DNA of 64,000 nt from Candidatus Gastranaerophilales bacterium (GTDB lineage: Bacteria > Cyanobacteriota > Vampirovibrionia > Gastranaerophilales > Gastranaerophilaceae): the NCBI GenBank assembly GCA_944323425.1, contig CALUSL010000004.1, positions 1,778 through 65,777 of the forward strand, read 5' to 3'. Shown here one piece after another: positions 62,082-64,000 of the stretch (its first letter is position 1; each line of letters begins with the position of its first letter). Both the position numbers and the translations under genes were made by a program. Below the pieces are notes generated by a model. That model had not been told where the DNA came from and made no database searches. It saw nothing but the letters and a program-made list of their open reading frames with translations.

Positions 62082-63164
62082 CTATTGCAAAAAGTCCGCA
62101 AGTATCGTATTGCTGACAAGAAACCCCTCCGGTTTGAAAAAACAATTCGATTCGGTTACCGTGAAAAAATCTCTGTATTTTTCCAGCAAATCAGAGTATT
62201 TTTCTCTAAAATCAATTTCGAAACGGTATTTAAAATCCGAAAAATTTATTCCCTCTCCGCGTCTAAATCCTAAAAACACATACTCTTCAAGCTTTTCTTC
62301 TGTGCTCAATTTGTGAGTAAAAGATTTTTTTAAGGGGGTCGAAATATACTGTTCAACATTTTTGTTGTTTTCGTATCTAACTCCATTTACGTACCCGTGA
62401 GCAGCCGCGCCGAATCCGTAGTATTCTCCGCAATTCCAATAATTTAAATTGTGTCTTGATTCCTTATTTTTGCGGGAAAAATTGCTTATCTCATAATGTG
62501 AAAAACCTGCGGATGTAAGAAAATCAATAGCAGCAAGATACATATCAGCCTGTTTGTCAGAATCTGCAATGTTTTCCGGTATATTTTTTGAAAACGGTGT
62601 TCCCTCCTCAATTTTAAGTCCGTATAACGAAATGTGAGAAACTCCGAGTTCGACGGCAATCTTTAAATCAGACAAAAAGCTTTCCTGCGTTTGCCCGGGC
62701 AGCCCGTATATAAAATCGGCGCTTACTCCCGAAAATCCGGAGTTAATTGCATTTTTTAAAACACTTTTGGCTTGAGATGAGTTGTGCAGTCTGCCTATTG
62801 AACTCAGAATTTTATCGTCGAAACTTTGAACACCCACGCTCAGTCTGTTTACGCCGTATTCGTGTATACTTTCTAAAAATTTTTCACCCGCGCTATCAGG
62901 ATTAGCTTCAACAGTAATTTCCGCATCATCACTGAAATTAAAAACTTTGAGAATATTTCCTATGTCATTAGCCTGCAGTAAAGAAGGTGTCCCGCCGCCA
63001 AAATACAGTGTTTTTATTTTTTCTCCGCCGTAAAAGCGGAGGATATCAGTTTTTAATGCATTCAGGTAAGAAGGAATAATATCTGTTTTCGGAATTGACG
63101 TAAATGAGCAATAAAAACATTTCCTCTTGCAAAACGGAATATGAATATATACGGATTCCGCCAT
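62082..63164 (-). CDS. hemW: Radical SAM heme chaperone HemW (HemN-like, oxygen-independent coproporphyrinogen oxidase family)
   Basis: HIPFCKRKCFYCSF CxxxCxxC motif, GGGTPS, and a HemN_C-like C-terminus; 360 aa. Confidence 0.88.
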   Translation of the reverse strand: MAESVYIHIPFCKRKCFYCSFTSIPKTDIIPSYLNALKTDILRFYGGEKIKTLYFGGGTPSLLQANDIGNILKVFNFSDDAEITVEANPDSAGEKFLESIHEYGVNRLSVGVQSFDDKILSSIGRLHNSSQAKSVLKNAINSGFSGVSADFIYGLPGQTQESFLSDLKIAVELGVSHISLYGLKIEEGTPFSKNIPENIADSDKQADMYLAAIDFLTSAGFSHYEISNFSRKNKESRHNLNYWNCGEYYGFGAAAHGYVNGVRYENNKNVEQYISTPLKKSFTHKLSTEEKLEEYVFLGFRRGEGINFSDFKYRFEIDFREKYSDLLEKYRDFFTVTESNCFFKPEGFLVSNTILADFLQ

Positions 63165-63165
63165 A

Positions 63166-64000
63166 CTACACCTGCTCGTATGTTTTAAAATGAATTTTTG
63201 ATGTATTTACAAGCTCTGATTTAGAATATTTTGAACTTATTGTTCGTGCAGCTTCTATAACTCTGTCATTTGCACCCTTAGGTATATCAACTCCGTATTT
63301 CGTTGATATTTCAGAAATACATTTTAGAAATTGGGCTCTGGCTATTATAGATGCAGCAGCTACGGCAATGTCGCTTTCTGCTTTGCATCTCTGTTCGAGG
63401 TGGATATTCTGACCTCTTTTTAATAATGCATTTTTTATGAGTTTCTCGTCTCCGAATTTGTCAGAAAGTGCATACGAGCAGTCAGCTTTTTCAAGTATAT
63501 TTTCAATAGCCCGTGCATGCCCCCAAGCAAGAAGCAAATTCAGGTTTTTTAATTTTGCATAGAGTTCGTTATATTTTGCAGGATTAATTGTCACAATTGA
63601 AAAAGTACTGTTGTTTTTAATCAGTGCTGAGAGTTTGTTGATATTTTTGTCGTCAACCATTTTGCAATCTTTTACGCCGGATTTTTTGAAAAGTTCAATA
63701 TTGTTTTCATCAACAAGCACACCCGCAATTACAAGCGGTCCGAAAAAGTCACCCTTTCCAGATTCATCCACCCCGATACGTTTAACAGGTGTTCGAAAAT
63801 CTTCTACCCCGCCTGCTGCTTCTGTTGAGATATTTAAAAATTTTTCTACTTTTGACACTATTTCGCTTATATCAGAACCCTGAATAAGAAATTTACCTGT
63901 CTTATAAAAAACAGCAGCGTAGCTTTTAGTTTTTGCACGCCAGAATGCATACTGCTGGGCTGTTATGTCTGCTCCATCTTTTATAAAAAACTCTTTCAAT
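63166..64000 (-). CDS. rnhC: Ribonuclease HIII, 5'-truncated by the window edge
   Basis: GVDESGKGDFFGPLV catalytic motif, preceded by the RNase HIII-specific N-terminal domain (YKTGKFLIQG). The frame is still open at position 64000. Confidence 0.85.
   Translation of the reverse strand, partial: LKEFFIKDGADITAQQYAFWRAKTKSYAAVFYKTGKFLIQGSDISEIVSKVEKFLNISTEAAGGVEDFRTPVKRIGVDESGKGDFFGPLVIAGVLVDENNIELFKKSGVKDCKMVDDKNINKLSALIKNNSTFSIVTINPAKYNELYAKLKNLNLLLAWGHARAIENILEKADCSYALSDKFGDEKLIKNALLKRGQNIHLEQRCKAESDIAVAAASIIARAQFLKCISEISTKYGVDIPKGANDRVIEAARTISSKYSKSELVNTSKIHFKTYEQV

Noticed and set aside
1-64000. Search for CRISPR arrays, IS elements/transposases, integrases, prophage blocks, tRNA/rRNA genes and toxin-antitoxin pairs
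   Set aside because: I saw no direct-repeat/spacer arrays, no transposase- or integrase-like translations, and no GC-rich cloverleaf-sized segments in intergenic DNA. No small adjacent gene pairs had TA-like features. The window reads as core chromosome.

Overview
AT-rich, densely coded bacterial chromosomal segment with about 60 credible protein genes on both strands. I saw no rRNA, tRNA, CRISPR array, transposase or integrase.

Content is mostly housekeeping:
- membrane pyrophosphatase (hppA), engB, and an envelope operon (secreted NTF2-like protein, lspA, rluD, LapA-like)
- coaX, and a radical-SAM / RNase E-G operon
- tyrS-cysK-cysE, rpsU (57 codons, missing from the ORF track), rsfS
- a double M16 peptidase, bioA, a Maf/DUF115-type gene overlapping dtd
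- rimM-trmD, rpiB, panD, nadD-yqeK
- a HisA-HisI-HisE fusion, and a class III nucleotidyl cyclase translationally coupled to recG
- solitary ftsZ, bcp
- a glycan locus: rfbCBDA + GT2 + GT9 + ugd/uxs
- an M48 lipoprotein peptidase, an SLH-domain envelope protein, mscS, hemW and a 5'-truncated rnhC

The SLH anchor, GT9 heptosyltransferase, LapA-like protein and LspA argue for a diderm. Together with a long-N-terminus RecG, ftsZ without ftsA/ftsQ and a Maf-type gene, this fits a low-GC diderm lineage such as the non-photosynthetic cyanobacterial relatives (Melainabacteria/Vampirovibrionia). That placement is inference only.

I found no convincing mobile or defence island and no clear multi-gene novel system. 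The items most worth a second look are:
- two self-contained promoter-hairpin-terminator units with no ORF (candidate sRNAs at 451-570 minus and 15653-15864 plus; the latter has a long C/U-rich anti-SD-like tract)
- a Zn-ribbon / RGG-like / duplicated helical-module protein occupying the rpsP slot ahead of rimM-trmD
- a HisA-HisI-HisE tri-domain fusion
- an animal-type phosphomevalonate-kinase-like P-loop protein
- an EF-hand / repeat protein
- a ferritin-like 429-aa protein with two ExxH motifs
- an envelope cluster in which an SLH protein carries a TrbI/VirB10-like C-terminal module

All family calls rest on motifs read by eye from the translations. No database search was possible.
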